From positions 30,586,108 through 30,632,758 of the forward strand of contig NC_068986.1 of assembly GCF_001194135.2 (NCBI RefSeq): a DNA stretch of 46,651 bases. The letters are read 5' to 3'. Position 1 is the first letter of the stretch, and every line of letters begins with the position of its first letter. This document shows positions 12,916 to 25,250 of this stretch, one piece after another. The notes under the pieces were generated by a model. That model had not been told where the DNA came from. It saw nothing but the letters and a program-made list of their open reading frames with translations, and did not search any database. Both the position numbers and the translations under genes were made by a program. The DNA comes from Octopus bimaculoides. Taxonomy: Eukaryota.

Positions 12916-13482
12916 AGAAATTGAGAAGCCAGCCCTATACTCCTTATACTCTTTGTCCATAAAGCAAAATTTTAATGAACACTTTCTTGAGGTTTCCATA
13001 GAACTTTTCCTGTCTTCTAGGATTTGTTGTCATTATCATTTAGTCACAGATCAGCCCTGATCAAGGAAACTTATCAAATCTTAGGTAACAGTAACATATA
13101 TCACTGATAGTACAGCAAGTCTGAAAGTACATTTAACAGTACAAGGACAACTATTTCTGCTTTGTCTATTTAATATCTTTCTACTAATATTCATAAATAT
13201 CCTCACAAGGATGACAATTTAACAATTTATAACAGTTGACTGAATCAGAGACACAAATAATAGAATCTCAGAATAATGGTAATTTGAATAGTTATTTTAT
13301 TATATATTTTATTTTATTTACCATTCATTTTTTTTTTTTTTTTGGTGATATAATTTTGTTCAGTGAAACGTTGTTATAAACTATGAATTGGCTATTGATT
13401 AAGTTCCACAGATTCACATTTCACAATTGAGAAACTATAACAAAATAGATTTTGCTTTAGGTTCATTCTATTTTATCATTTA

Positions 13483-13913
13483 TCTTTTACTTGTTTCAGT
13501 CATTGGACAACAGCCATGCTGGGGCATCACCTTCAATAGGTTTAGTTGAACTAATTGACCCCAGTACTTATTTTTACCAAAGCCTGAAACTTAGTCTATT
13601 GATCTCTTTTGCTGAATCACTAAGTTACAAGGACATAAACAAACCAACACCAGTTGTCAAGCAGTGGTGGGAGACAAACACAAAGACAAAGAAATACACA
13701 CGTAGATATATACAAAAATAAGTGTGTGTGTGTGTGTGTGTGTGTGTACATGAGAGGTTTCTTTCTGTCTCTATGTACCAAATCCTCTCACAAGGCTTTG
13801 GCTGGTCTGAAGCTATAGTAGAAGACAATTGCCCAAGGTGCCATGCAGTAAGATTGAACTCAGAACCATGTGGTTGGAAAACAAACACCTTATCATATAG
13901 CCAAGCTTGTGCC
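13483..13913 (-). mobile_element. SINE family A, near full length
   Basis: cttttacttgtttcagtcattg...caaggctttg...gcccaaggtgccatgcag...gaaccatgtggttgg is the reverse complement of 36496-36892. Confidence 0.85.
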
Positions 13914-15374
13914 TATATAGAGCCACAGCTGTGCCTATTTATATATTTCTTTTGTCTTTTTTATATATATATTGCCTATTTCTACTAATATATTCTGTAA
14001 AATTTACCTCAGTAAATATCAGTAAACACCACTGTATTCTGGAGCTACAATGTAGAACAGGGCAACTCAGTAAAATAATGTACACAACAAAGAAACAAAA
14101 ACTACACTTATCACATATTATTCACTGTGTTTATAACTTTGACATTTTCTTTTGGATGTGACATATTAGCTATAAAGACATTAGTTTCAACCAAAAAATA
14201 AAACGAACAAGAAATATTATATGTCAGCTGCTAGAAAAGTTAAAATCAAAATTAAGCTAAGGCAAAAATCCATCCAAGCTACTCAGAATGAGTCTGCCAA
14301 GCATTAGTAGCTAAAATGGAGCTGGAATTTTATCGACAAAGAAAATTAAAAGAAAATGTTTCAATGGAGGATTTTGTAAAGATGAATTCTATGTTTAATA
14401 TCCAAACTACTGACAACATTCTATCCAAGTGTTGTAATAAATCCTTATTGTTTTATATGTAAAGAAAACATGATCCAAAATCTGGAACATAACCTCAGAA
14501 CATAACTCATGAGGAAGGTTTGGTTCAACATAATATGCAAGATTTAAAGATCCAAAAATAGTTCCATGTACAGCATTAATCCAGACTGTTGAATTGATTA
14601 GTTGGTGGAAAGCTTACAATTCTGGATTGACTTATACTTTTATTCAGAAAAATACAATGAGTAAATAATCAATATTTAAATCATAGTTTTATATTTTTAG
14701 TTTCTTTATCATAACACCACACATGCATATTTACGTACATCTATCCAAGACACCATTTTCCATATAAAAAGCTGCTTACATAACAGCTAATCCTCAATAA
14801 TTAACACTCATTCCATTACTAACACACCCATTGTTGACCTATGTCCTCTTTCTGTGTTTTTTAGTCACAAAAATAACTTCTATCTTCCTTGCACTTACTG
14901 ACTCTATATGACATCCACATGAATTCATTCAAAGCACACAGCTGACATCTTCCCATCATTCATCCATATTTAAACCCTTTTGATACCATCCTACCTGAGA
15001 CAGCCTCTATTTCTACAATACAAATTCCGTTTTAAAGTGATCTAAATTAAAAACCTTCCATCATAATTTCAAATTAATTTGTATTCTAAACATCAGCTTA
15101 ATAATGACATAGTTTTTCATTATTTTGAAAATTAATTGAAATACAGGCAATGTACTTCAACAGAAATATGGTAACAAAAGAGTTAATTTCCAAATGTCAT
15201 ATAGAATTATTTTCCAATCCCATTTTCTAACAAAGCTTCCCTTTCCTGCACATATTTTTCATTAATTGTTTGCCTGCAGTAATTCAAACTGAATATTAAT
15301 AGTACTAACCACACACAATTATCCTCCTTACATCTTATGTAAGGAAGGCACAAAATCACTATGCCTACTGACAC

Positions 15375-15375
<1 letters not shown>

Positions 15376-15412
<37 letters not shown>

Positions 15413-15743
15413 GTTTAATGTCCGCTTTCCATGCTAGCATGGGTTGGACGATTTGACTGAGGACTGGTGAACCAGATGGCTACACCAGGCTCCAATCTGA
15501 TTTGGCAGAGTTTCTACAGCTGGATGCCCTTCCTAATGCCAACCACTCCGAGAGTGTAGTGGGTGCTTTTACGTGTCACCGGCACGAAGGCCACTCAGGC
15601 AGTACTGGCAACGGCCACACTCAAAATGGTGTATTTTACGTGCCACTTGCACAGGAACCAGTCCAGCGGCACTGGCAACGATCCCGCTTGAATGTCTTTA
15701 CACGTGCCACTGGCACAAGTGCTAGGAAGGCGACACTGGGCAC
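15376..15743 (-). mobile_element. retroposon with RTE-type 3' tail ending in (GAT)n (family E)
   Basis: (CAT)n-cgtttaatgtccgctttccatgctagcatggg...ctacagctggatgcccttcctaatgccaaccactccgagagtgtagtgggtgc; related fragments at ~9100-9290, 31920-32035, 33340-33480 and 36940-37130. Confidence 0.75.
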
Positions 15744-15902
15744 ACTAAATAATAATAATGGTTTGTTCTTTTTAACCAAAGAACAAGGCCTCAAATTTAG
15801 CGGATTGGTACAGTCAATTAGATAAACATACCACCATCACCACCTAGTACTCAACTGGAACTTATTTTACCAATCCCAGAAGAATAAAAGATAAGTTGAA
15901 AT

Positions 15903-16190
15903 AGGTGTAGGTGTGACTGTGTAGTAAGAAGTTTGCTTCCCAACCACATGGTTCCAGGTTCAGTCCCACTGCATGGCACCTTGGGCAAGTGTCTTCTAAT
16001 ATAGCCTCAGGCCGACAAAAGCCTTGTGAGTAGATCTGGATGGGATGCCACTCCATCGCAAGATTACTCATTTTTACCGGCTGAGTGAAATGGAGCAGTA
16101 TGAAATGAAGTGCTTGCTCAAGAACACAACCCATCATCTGGTCCAGAAATTGAAACCACCATCTTATGATCATGAGTCCAACACTAAGCC
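15903..16190. mobile_element. SINE family A head (+) abutting a family F copy (-)
   Basis: 15903-16030 ccaaccacatggttccaggttcagtcccactgcatggcaccttgggcaagtg; 16040-16190 is the reverse complement of the 12723-12915 family. Confidence 0.8.
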
Positions 16191-16258
16191 ATGAATAAAA
16201 TTGTTAAATGTTTTCCCTCTCATCATACACATAAAGAGAAATATATTCACAGAGGGGG

Positions 16259-16358
16259 AGAGCAAGAGAGAAGGAGAGCAAGAGAGAAGGAGAGCAAGAG
16301 AGAAGGAGAGCAAGAGAGAAGGAGAGCAAGAGAGAAGGAGAGCAAGAGAGAAGGAGAG
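16259..16358. repeat. 16-bp purine minisatellite, ~6 copies
   Basis: (gagagcaagagagaag)n. Confidence 0.9.
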
Positions 16359-17214
16359 AAACACTAAAACATCTTATATCAAACAAACCAGCTTCAAATC
16401 AGTGGCATCAAATAAACAGTGCCAAAATGACTGCCAAAATGACTGCCAAAACGTCTGATACGCCCTTGATGATTGCAGCAGGCTGGATGGAGATGATATC
16501 ATGGAATAGTGGTGAGCTCACTGTAAAGTAAACCAAGTTGATGACTCAGTTTTGATTCCCAGAGGTAAGTGTTTCACTTCACTTACAGTGATAATGTTAT
16601 TTCCATTTAAAAACTTGAAACAACTTGTGCAGGAGAATGAAATGTTTCCGGAACTTAAAAACTAATTGGTCCAAGATTATAAGTTCAGACCCTGTATGAG
16701 CTAATGTGCTTAGAAGGATAGAAGGATGGATGGATGAATGGATGAATAAATGAATAATAACATTTATAAAGTACTACAATTGCTTAAATCATAAAGTCTA
16801 GACAGTAGTGATGTAAAGATACAATAGATTACAGTTCAATATATATCAAAGAGTGGTGTGATTCACTCTTAGTGTAATGGCATAAAGATCACAGAATATA
16901 TACTTTGTGGCTTAGAAGGAAATAAACTATAGCCCAACTCTGCAATTCAAAAATAATGTTTTTAGGATAATTATTGGCAAACTTTTAATAAGAACAAGAT
17001 TAGAAATAACTACAGAAAAAATGCTATATATATATATATCACTAATACAAGTAAGAATTTGTATATCAAATAATTCAGAGACACCAGCCGCATAGAAAAC
17101 AATAGCTAAGTTTTTGTTAGCATATTTACTACATGGAGCATTAAAAACCAACTATAGATAAATGTACATTGAGAATGAAAAGGCACAAGCATGTCTATGA
17201 TGGGCACATGTATG

Positions 17215-17570
17215 TCTATGTGGTTAAGAGACATACTTCCAACCAATCGGTTTCAAGTTCAATCCCAAAGTATAGCACCTTGGGCAAGTGTCTTTAGCTG
17301 TAGCACTGAGTAGACTAAAGCCTTGTGAGTGGATTTGGTAGGCAGAAATTGAAAGAAATTTACGTCCTGAGTTCAAATTCCGCCGAGGTTGACTTAGCCT
17401 TTCATCCTTTCGAGGTCGATAAATTAAGTACCAGTTATGCACTGGGGTCGATGTAATCGACTTAACCCCTGTCTGTCCTTGTTTGTCCCCTATATGTTTA
17501 TCCCTTTGTGAGCAATAAAGAAATAAGAAATTGAAAGAAATTTGTCGAATATGTGTGTGTGTGTGTGTGT

Positions 17571-17611
<41 letters not shown>

Positions 17612-17810
17612 CTTAACATCACATGATAGTTCTAAGCAAGTGTCACTGTCATACACGTAGTGACGTTGATTTCCAGTCTTCCATGAAAAACATGTTCAGG
17701 TATGGAGAAATAATATCTTTGTTTAGAAACAGGTGAGTGATGGCAATAGGAAGAACATCCAGCTGTAGATAATCTGCCTCAAAGAACTCTGTCTGCCTCA
17801 CATAAAGTGA
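17215..17810 (+). mobile_element. SINE family A interrupted by a 5'-truncated family B copy (17362-17525) with 18-bp TSD
   Basis: AGAAATTGAAAGAAATTT at 17344-17361 and 17526-17543; the host resumes with gtcgaatat(gt)n. Confidence 0.9.
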
Positions 17811-18227
17811 ACTTTAAATTGATGAGGATGACAATAAAAAAAATTTTATTAGTCTGTAACTAATCTTTATTTTATACTTATTTTCAGTACGAGTAGTAGG
17901 GGAGATAAGTTCAAGCACGTTTCCTTCTTTTCCTAACCTCTTCAGTATTGCTGAAGCAGAGATGAACAAATCTTTAACTAAATATAGAAATTGCATATTT
18001 ATTGGTATAGGGAAGTAAAATTCTTAGGAGATTAAAAAAAAAAAATTAAAGATGCCATCTGTGTATGTGAGACTGAGGAAGTCAGAAAAAATACAAAATA
18101 AGTCTTGCCTAAAAATAAATAAATGATATTAATCATTAAATAATGTCATTTTTTTTTCTCATCTATGCACATTTATTTCTAATTCGTTTTTCTAATGTTC
18201 CATGAATTATATATCACTATGAAAAAA

Positions 18228-18367
18228 GTTACGCATAACTGTGTGGTTAACAAAACTCACTTTACAACCACATGGCTTTAGGTTCAGTCCCACTGTGAGG
18301 CACCTTGGGCAATCAATGTTTTGTAAATGGATTTGCTAGGTGGAAACTATGTAGAAACTCGTTTTGT

Positions 18368-18434
<67 letters not shown>

Positions 18435-18680
18435 TTTTTTCACACATACATACATACATACATATGTACATATATACATATGTATGTATCTACGTATGTA
18501 TATGTATGTATCATAAATGCATGTATGTATGTAGATATGAAGGAATATGTGTTTTTGTGTTTGTGTTTGTGTTTGTCCCCTATCACCACTTGACAACCAA
18601 CATTGGTCTGCTTATGTCTCTTTAATATAGCAGTTCAACAAAAGAGATTGATAGAATAAGTATGAGACTTAAAATGATAG
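18228..18680 (+). mobile_element. SINE family A (degenerate, internal microsatellite)
   Basis: accacatggctttaggttcagtcccactgtgaggcaccttgggcaa...tttgtcccctatcaccacttgacaacc. Confidence 0.75.
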
Positions 18681-19479
18681 GTATTGAAGATAATTTATAC
18701 ATGTACTCCTAGATGTGGAATACTATATTCTCCTGTTCGAGAGAACATTTCATTATTGTTTCTTCAACATGGTCTGACATTAAAATAAAGTCCTTTTCTG
18801 CCTACACTATTATGTCACTCAGACACATCACAATCAATTGCTAGTAACAAGTATATTCCCATGCCTGTATTTTCTATAGAATAAAACAATGCTAAATAAT
18901 TTATTCTGTATATTTACCTATTTCTACATCAGATGACTTTATATTTTCTACAAAAGTTAATACTAACTTACTAGTTTATGTGATAGATTGCCATACAAGT
19001 TTAACAATAGGAAAGTGACAAGAGCCATTTAACAATGCAGGATGTACAGAAAAATTACTTGATTCAATATTTCAGCTTTAACAAGGCCTAATTGGGAACT
19101 GAAATATTCAAAAGGAAATATCAACATTAAAGAATACCAGTTGAGAGCAGAATATTCCATCAAAGGCATGAATTGTAACAACAAATTTGTTATAGGCAGA
19201 CTCTACCATTGCAAATGCACATTAAAGAGCACATGAAAATGAAAGACTTGTCTGTTAAAAGCCTTCAGGAACTTGCATATTCAAGAAACTATACTGATTA
19301 GATACTCACAACCACAAATTACCAATTGTTAGAAGTTCCTTGTCTGCAAGAATTTTATTGTTTCATTTGCTTTTCACACTTTGTTCTTCTCCTTGCTACA
19401 CCCTATGCAGTTTTGCGTGAGCTATGCTAGCTTTAGTGTTGTTTACTATTAACATTTTATTTTGAATGTTTAAATTCAC

Positions 19480-19800
19480 AAGTAGGGCTTGTCAAAGCCA
19501 AAATATCGAATAAACTTCTTTTCTCCTAAACTCTGCCTTGTTTAATGGCTTTTCTTCGCTTTTCTTTTATTTGTAACCATTTATAGAATTTTCAATGTTA
19601 TCCCCTTTTGATCAATATTGAGCCAGTGAAGATTTGCATAGCAATCTTTCACACTTTCTCTCCTGAATATGAAACAGATTGCAGTGTTCTAGAACATTGT
19701 AATTTATCAATGTTTGATCTACTGATTGATGACAGACAAACAATTACACAGATAAGATGATATAGTCTAAAGGAATTTCAAAACGAGACGGAGACAAGAA
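19480..19800 (-). pseudogene. heavily decayed CR1/L2/Crack-type LINE ORF2 C-terminal fragment
   Basis: Frameshifted pieces PLDY..., SISRSNIDKLQ, F*NTAICFIFRRESVKDCYANLHWLNIDQKGITLKIL resemble the post-RT 'KLQ..QN.A...LHWL.V.QRI.FKIL' region; judged by eye only. Confidence 0.45.
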
Positions 19801-20206
19801 TCTACAAATCTTTGAAATAATTCAGCTGCAAATCTTACTGATGTGGTCATTGAAATTTTAATATTGATATGATTTTTATTATTAGCTCTATCATAAATTC
19901 AGTAGAGTGTAATCAGTAATACAAGTAACCTGGTAATCAATAGATATATGGTTCAAATCTAATCAATGGTTCCGTGTTCTCAATAAAGAAAAAAGGTGGG
20001 GGGGGGGGGCAGTGAATGATAGAATTCTCTTTCTCTTTTTTGAAAAACTGAACACCATATGTATATGTATATATATGCATGCATGCATGCATGTATGTAT
20101 GTATGCATGCACACATGTAGGTAGGTCTGTATCATGCATGTGTGTATGCATATAGATGTGTATGTATATGTATATGTATATAAGTATATATATGTACATA
20201 TATATA

Positions 20207-20241
<35 letters not shown>

Positions 20242-20635
20242 ATATTTTGGGATGGTCATATTTTTTTTTACACCAAATAAACACATGCACTATATATTCC
20301 TTCTTCACTCATGTATTATTGTTCTTATTTCATTTTATGTCCATTGTCTGAAAACCTTTCGTCACACATCTGTGACCGCTTCAGTGACCCTTTGCATCCA
20401 CCTGTATCTCCTTGCTCTGTCTAGTCCGTTCTGGGAACAATAATAAACGAGTGAAGAATAAATATAGAGTGCACATGTTTATTTGGCAAAAAAAAAAGAA
20501 TAAGTCCTGGGGTCAATTTTCTCGACTAAAGACGGTGCTCCAGCATGGCTGCAGTCAAATGACTGAAACAAGTAAAAGAGTATTGTCAGTAGGCCGCAGC
20601 ATATATAGATTAGAATTGCATCCACCAAACCCATG

Positions 20636-21014
20636 GTTGGCACTCCGTCGCTTACGACGTCGAGGGTTCCAGTTGATCCGATCAACGGAACAGCCTGCTC
20701 GTGAAATTAACATGCAAGTGGCTGAGCACTCCACAGACACGTGTACTCTTAACGTAGTTCTCGGGGATATTCAGCGTGACACAGTGTGACAAGGCTACCG
20801 TTTGAATTACAGGCACAACAGAAACAGGAAGAAAGAGTGAGAGAAAGTTGTGGTGAAAGAGTACAGCAGGGTTCGCCACCATCTCCTGCCAGAGCTTCGT
20901 GGAGATTTAGGTGTTTTCGCTCAATAAACAGTTACAACGCCCGGTCTGGGAATCGAAACCGCGATCCTATGACCGCGAGTCCGCTGCCCTAACCACTGGG
21001 CCATTGCGCCTCCA
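20636..21014 (-). mobile_element. tRNA-derived SINE family C, full length, 13-bp TSD
   Basis: Reverse complement of tggaggcgcaatggcccagtggttagggcagcggactcgcggtcataggatcgcggtttcgattcccagacc...cgacgtcgtaagcgacggagtgccaac; CACCAAACCCATG at 20623-20635 and 21015-21027; CpGs intact. Confidence 0.92.
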
Positions 21015-21069
21015 CACCAAACCCATGAAAACCTAGGCAACTGCCCAATATGCTCATACTTTAAGACAA

Positions 21070-21594
21070 CATTGCCACCACAAACAACAACAATACCACC
21101 AACAACAACAACACAACTATCAATACTACCACTACTACCAAAAGCAGCACTAGTAACAGCAACACCACCATTACTAATACGACCAACAATAAGACAAACA
21201 ACAGCACCGCCGCCAGCAATAACAATAACACTATCATCACCAAGAGCAACAGTACTACCAACAACAAGAACACCACCATCACTACTACCACCACCACCAA
21301 CAACAACAACAACAGCAGCAACAAAAAGAAAAGCAGAAAATCATTTTCCAACCAATTCCACTTAACATTATTCTCTCTGAGTCTCTCTGCTAACAACAAC
21401 AACAACAACAAAAACAACACACACGCACACACACACATGCACATACGCACACACGCATATGCAGAACCAAACCATTCTAGTATTTCCCCCTGTCATCTGT
21501 GATGTTAACCGACTTCTCAGATTTCAAATACTGCTGCTTCTCAACTGTGGACATCATTAACATCAACGAAATGTCACCAACATACGTAGTAGTT

Positions 21595-21626
<32 letters not shown>

Positions 21627-21995
21627 CAGCAGTAGTAGTAGTAGTAGTAGTAGTAGCAGTAGTAGCAGTAGTAGTAGTAGTAGTAGTAGGTCACATCATA
21701 TATGGGATGGTGATGGTGGTGATGACGGTGGTGATGATGATGATGATGATGATGATAGTGGCGATGATGATGATGATGATGATGATGGTGGTGGTAGTAG
21801 TAATGATGACAAATAGTAGGATGAAGGGCTGAAGGAGGAGGAGAGACAGGCAGAAGAAAAGGTAGAGGAAATGGAGAGAAGCCCATGACAATGAAAATGA
21901 GAATGTGAATGACAATGATAATGATGATGATGATGATGATGGTTGCAGTGGTAGTGGCAGCAGTGGTGGCAGCAGCAGTTGTAGCAGTAGTTGTA

Positions 21996-22042
<47 letters not shown>

Positions 22043-22160
22043 AGAGTAAGTGAGGCTGTTTAACCCCAGGTAGATTCTCTCTCCCCCAACTCCGATTAAG
22101 GAGACCTATGATCAAAAGCAATCCAGTCATGACATTCCTCGTTCATTTTCGGAGAAGTAA

Positions 22161-22207
<47 letters not shown>

Positions 22208-22822
22208 AATATCTGAAGAAGATGGGAAGTTATGATGTGAGGGGAAATTTAGCTGCTATTTCTAACAGGTTAAACAACCAGGTAGAGAACCATGATGGCA
22301 AGGAGGTGGAGAAAGAGGAAAGAGAAGAGGAAAATCCCGAAGACCATATTCGTGAATATTGTTATTGAGAAAATAATGATGACGGTTACAGGTCGTTGTC
22401 GTCGTCATCAATATCATCGTTGTCAGCATTGGCATCGTCATAATTATCATCGTTTGATAAGGAGATGATGATAATGAAAATGCAAGTGATGACAATGACT
22501 ATGAGGAGNNNNNNNNNNNNNNNNNNNNNNNNNNNNNNNNNNNNNNNNNNNNNNNNNNNNNNNNNNNNNNNNNNNNNNNNNNNNNNNNNNNNNNNNNNNN
22601 NNNNNNNNNNNNNNNNNNNNNNNNNNNNNNNNNNNNNNNNNNNNNNNNNNNNNNNNNNNNNNNNNNNNNNNNNNNNNNNNNNNNNNNGGGGAGAAGGAGG
22701 AGGAGTGGGGAGAAGGAGGAGGAGTGGGGAGAAGGAGGAGGAGTGGGGCGGATGAAGATGATGATGATGGTGGTGATGATGATGAGGAGGAGGAGGAGAG
22801 GGAGAGGAGAAGGAAGGGGACT

Positions 22823-22853
<31 letters not shown>

Positions 22854-22948
22854 CAACGATGACAATGATGATGACTATGATGATGCTGATGATGAAGATG
22901 ACTTTGATGATGACAATGATGACAATGATGATGACAATGATGATGATG

Positions 22949-22994
<46 letters not shown>

Positions 22995-23160
22995 CGATGA
23001 CGATGAGAATAATGGAAATGATAATGACAATTCATGAGGATTGTAATCATGATTACATGAAAATTACCAATAACAAAACAATAACAACAAGGAGGAGGAG
23101 GAGGAGGAGGAGGACACTGACAGTGGTGGAAAGGGTGACAATGAAAGTGGAGGAGTAATG
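21070..23160. repeat. field of mixed trinucleotide repeats (AAC/ACC, AGC/AGT, GAT/GGT, AAT, GGA)
   Basis: Directly visible; source of the poly-His/Asp/Met/Ser ORFs. Confidence 0.9.
22058..22290 (+). mobile_element. interspersed repeat family D
   Basis: gtttaaccccagg...gacctatgatcaaaagcaatccagtcatgacattcc...gaggggaaatttagctgctatttctaacagg; similar copies at ~10865-10930(-), 23185-23345, 39235-39400, 39710-39900 and 43600-43780. Confidence 0.7.
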
Positions 23161-23646
23161 TTGTCGGTTGTCTTTCGTCAGTGCTGTTTAACCCTAGGTT
23201 AACCTTGGTCAGGCAAACTTATGATTAAAATCCATCTAGTCATGTTCCTATGTGCAGGAATCCACTGTCCCTTTTTTTTTTTTTTTTTTCAAATTATAAA
23301 GTGTTATCTGAGGAAATTTGATTGCTATTTCTAGCATTGTGAGTGATTCTGGCTCTTTGTGATGTTGGAAGTATTAGAAATATCATTAAGATAGATTATC
23401 TGGTGTTCAGTCATGTTTGCAATAATCCTCAAAAGTCTTTGGTTTCTTGAATTAGAATTCTGAGAATTTTGTAGTTTGTTTATTTTTTTTTAATCCTGTA
23501 CTGGATTCAGTGGTGTCAGCCATTGGACTGTGGCCATGCCAGGGCACAACCTTCAAGAGTTGGGAAACCTGCAGCCTTCTGACATATTTTGCTTGAGCTG
23601 CAATTGTGATAATAACAGCACTGGATCATTAAGTAAAATAAACATG

Positions 23647-23945
23647 GGAGGCGCAATGTCCCAGTGGTTAGGGCAGCGGACTCGCAGTTGGAGGATCGCA
23701 GTTTCAATTCCAAGACCAAGCGTTGTGTGTGTTTATTGAGCTAAAACACCTAAAGCTCCACAAGGCTCCGGCAGGAGGTAGTGGCGACCCCTATTGTACT
23801 CTTTCGCCCCAACTTTCTCTCACTCTTTCTTCCTGTTTCTTGAGTAATGCTGTGATGGACTGGCGTCCCGTCCAGCTGGGGGGAACACATACACCATAGA
23901 AACTGGGAAACCAGGCCCATGAGCCTGGTCAGGCTTTTAAGAAGA
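23647..23945 (+). mobile_element. SINE with family C head and an alternative tail, 13-bp TSD
   Basis: Head ggaggcgcaatgtcccagtggttagggcagcggactcgc; tail gtgatggactggcgtcccgtccagctgggggg...gagcctgg; TAAAATAAACATG at 23634-23646 and 23946-23958. Confidence 0.9.
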
Positions 23946-24059
23946 TAAAATAAACATGTTTTTAGGGCATCATGAGAAGAGGGAGAAGCACCTCAGAAAT
24001 GGGAAATGGCTTATAGCACAAAAGAAACCATTTTAAATTTGCTAAAATAATACTCAGAA

Positions 24060-24327
24060 CACCTTATTTCTGCTAAGTGTGGCAGCTGATGTGTTACATA
24101 AGATTAATTTTGAGGATTTGATCAAAGACTGCAATTAAAAAAAAGTAGAAAACTTTTCAAATATAAATGAAGTAGAAGTAAGCAAAAATAAACATTATTT
24201 TCCATCTTACTGTTAGTTTTGTTTCATTTTGAAAAATAAAAAAAAAATTTTTAGTGTATTATTGTTTATATTTTGAGTTACATATATATGGGGCACCAAA
24301 GTTTTTTAAGTGCTTAATCCAGCCCTG
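24060..24327 (+). mobile_element. hAT transposon 3' remnant (transposase C-terminus plus terminal repeat)
   Basis: 24069-24156 reads approximately LLSVAADVLHKINFEDLIKDCN*KKSRK (hAT dimerisation-domain end); terminus ggggcaccaaagtttttt...cttaatccagccctg resembles a CAGGGCCGGATTAAG-type TIR. Confidence 0.7.
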
Positions 24328-24699
24328 GCTAACAAATAAAAATAAATAACAAAACATACAGTTTACTATATTTATTAGAGAACAATAATTGTTGGCAAAT
24401 GCCAGTCAGTGATTTAAGTTCAACAAGATTTCACATGTGTTCATGTATGTCTATCACTGATTGAAATTACTTTGATCATTTTTGTAGAATTGTTACCATT
24501 AATTAATAACTTGTTAATATCTTGTTAGTCTCTTGTTAGTAAATTTCTTCATTTGTTTCCCCATCATGTAAAAAAAAAAAATTTTGAAAAGAGTGCGGAA
24601 AGAAGAAAATCAAGACTTTAGGCTAAACAGGAATTTTAATATTTTTGTAGTGTTTGATAATGTTAAAATGACTAGCTTGTTCTCTGACAATAAAGAAAA

Positions 24700-25085
24700 A
24701 CAATACATACTAATGCTATGCTACTCACAAGAGCAATAAATACCCCTAATTACTGGATGAGTCTTGAATGAAAGTATAAAAGAAATTAGAAGATCAAAAA
24801 CAAAAGCAAAGACAATTATTTCAGTTAGGAAATGCTACAAGTTTATAAAATAGCATATTGTGTGGAGGGGGAAAAAAAGCGGGGGCAAGGCCAAGACATA
24901 TACTGATGCAGAGTTTAAAAAGGAATGCATTGTTGAAGATGTAATATGCCAAATCTCCCTCATATCAAAGCTTACCACCTTAAACAAGGATGAATACATC
25001 AAATGCAGGTCATTATTGACTTATGACCACAATTGGTTCCGACTGACTAGTCATAAGTTGATTTGGTCATAAGTTGGTCTATAGG
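24700..25085 (+). mobile_element. possible MULE/Mutator-like transposon 3' remnant
   Basis: ORF 24860-25072 KAKTYTDAEFKKECIVED...EYIK loosely resembles MULE transposase C-termini; followed by repeated subterminal motifs acttatgacc / ggtcataagttg. Confidence 0.35.
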
Positions 25086-25250
25086 CCTATACATAGCTTT
25101 GTTTTATACTTTTACGTTCTTAAGGTACATTCTCAGGTAAAAGTCACACACAGCATTCTGTATTATACTATTATAGTGGCGTTAGTGAAAAATTTCAGAG
25201 TCTCAAGCAGTTGTCTTATAATTTCATATATAATTTTATTTTATAATATT

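Noticed and set aside
16380-16570. Open frame ...SAKMTAKMTAKTSDTPLMIAAGWMEMISWNSG with a nearby AG|gtaagt donor
   Set aside because: It is partly built from a 12-bp tandem repeat, a stop intervenes before the donor, and no homology is recognisable.
21061-23158. Poly-His, poly-Asp, poly-Met, poly-Ser and mucin-like ORFs
   Set aside because: They come from trinucleotide repeats open in many frames on both strands, with no unique coding anchor.
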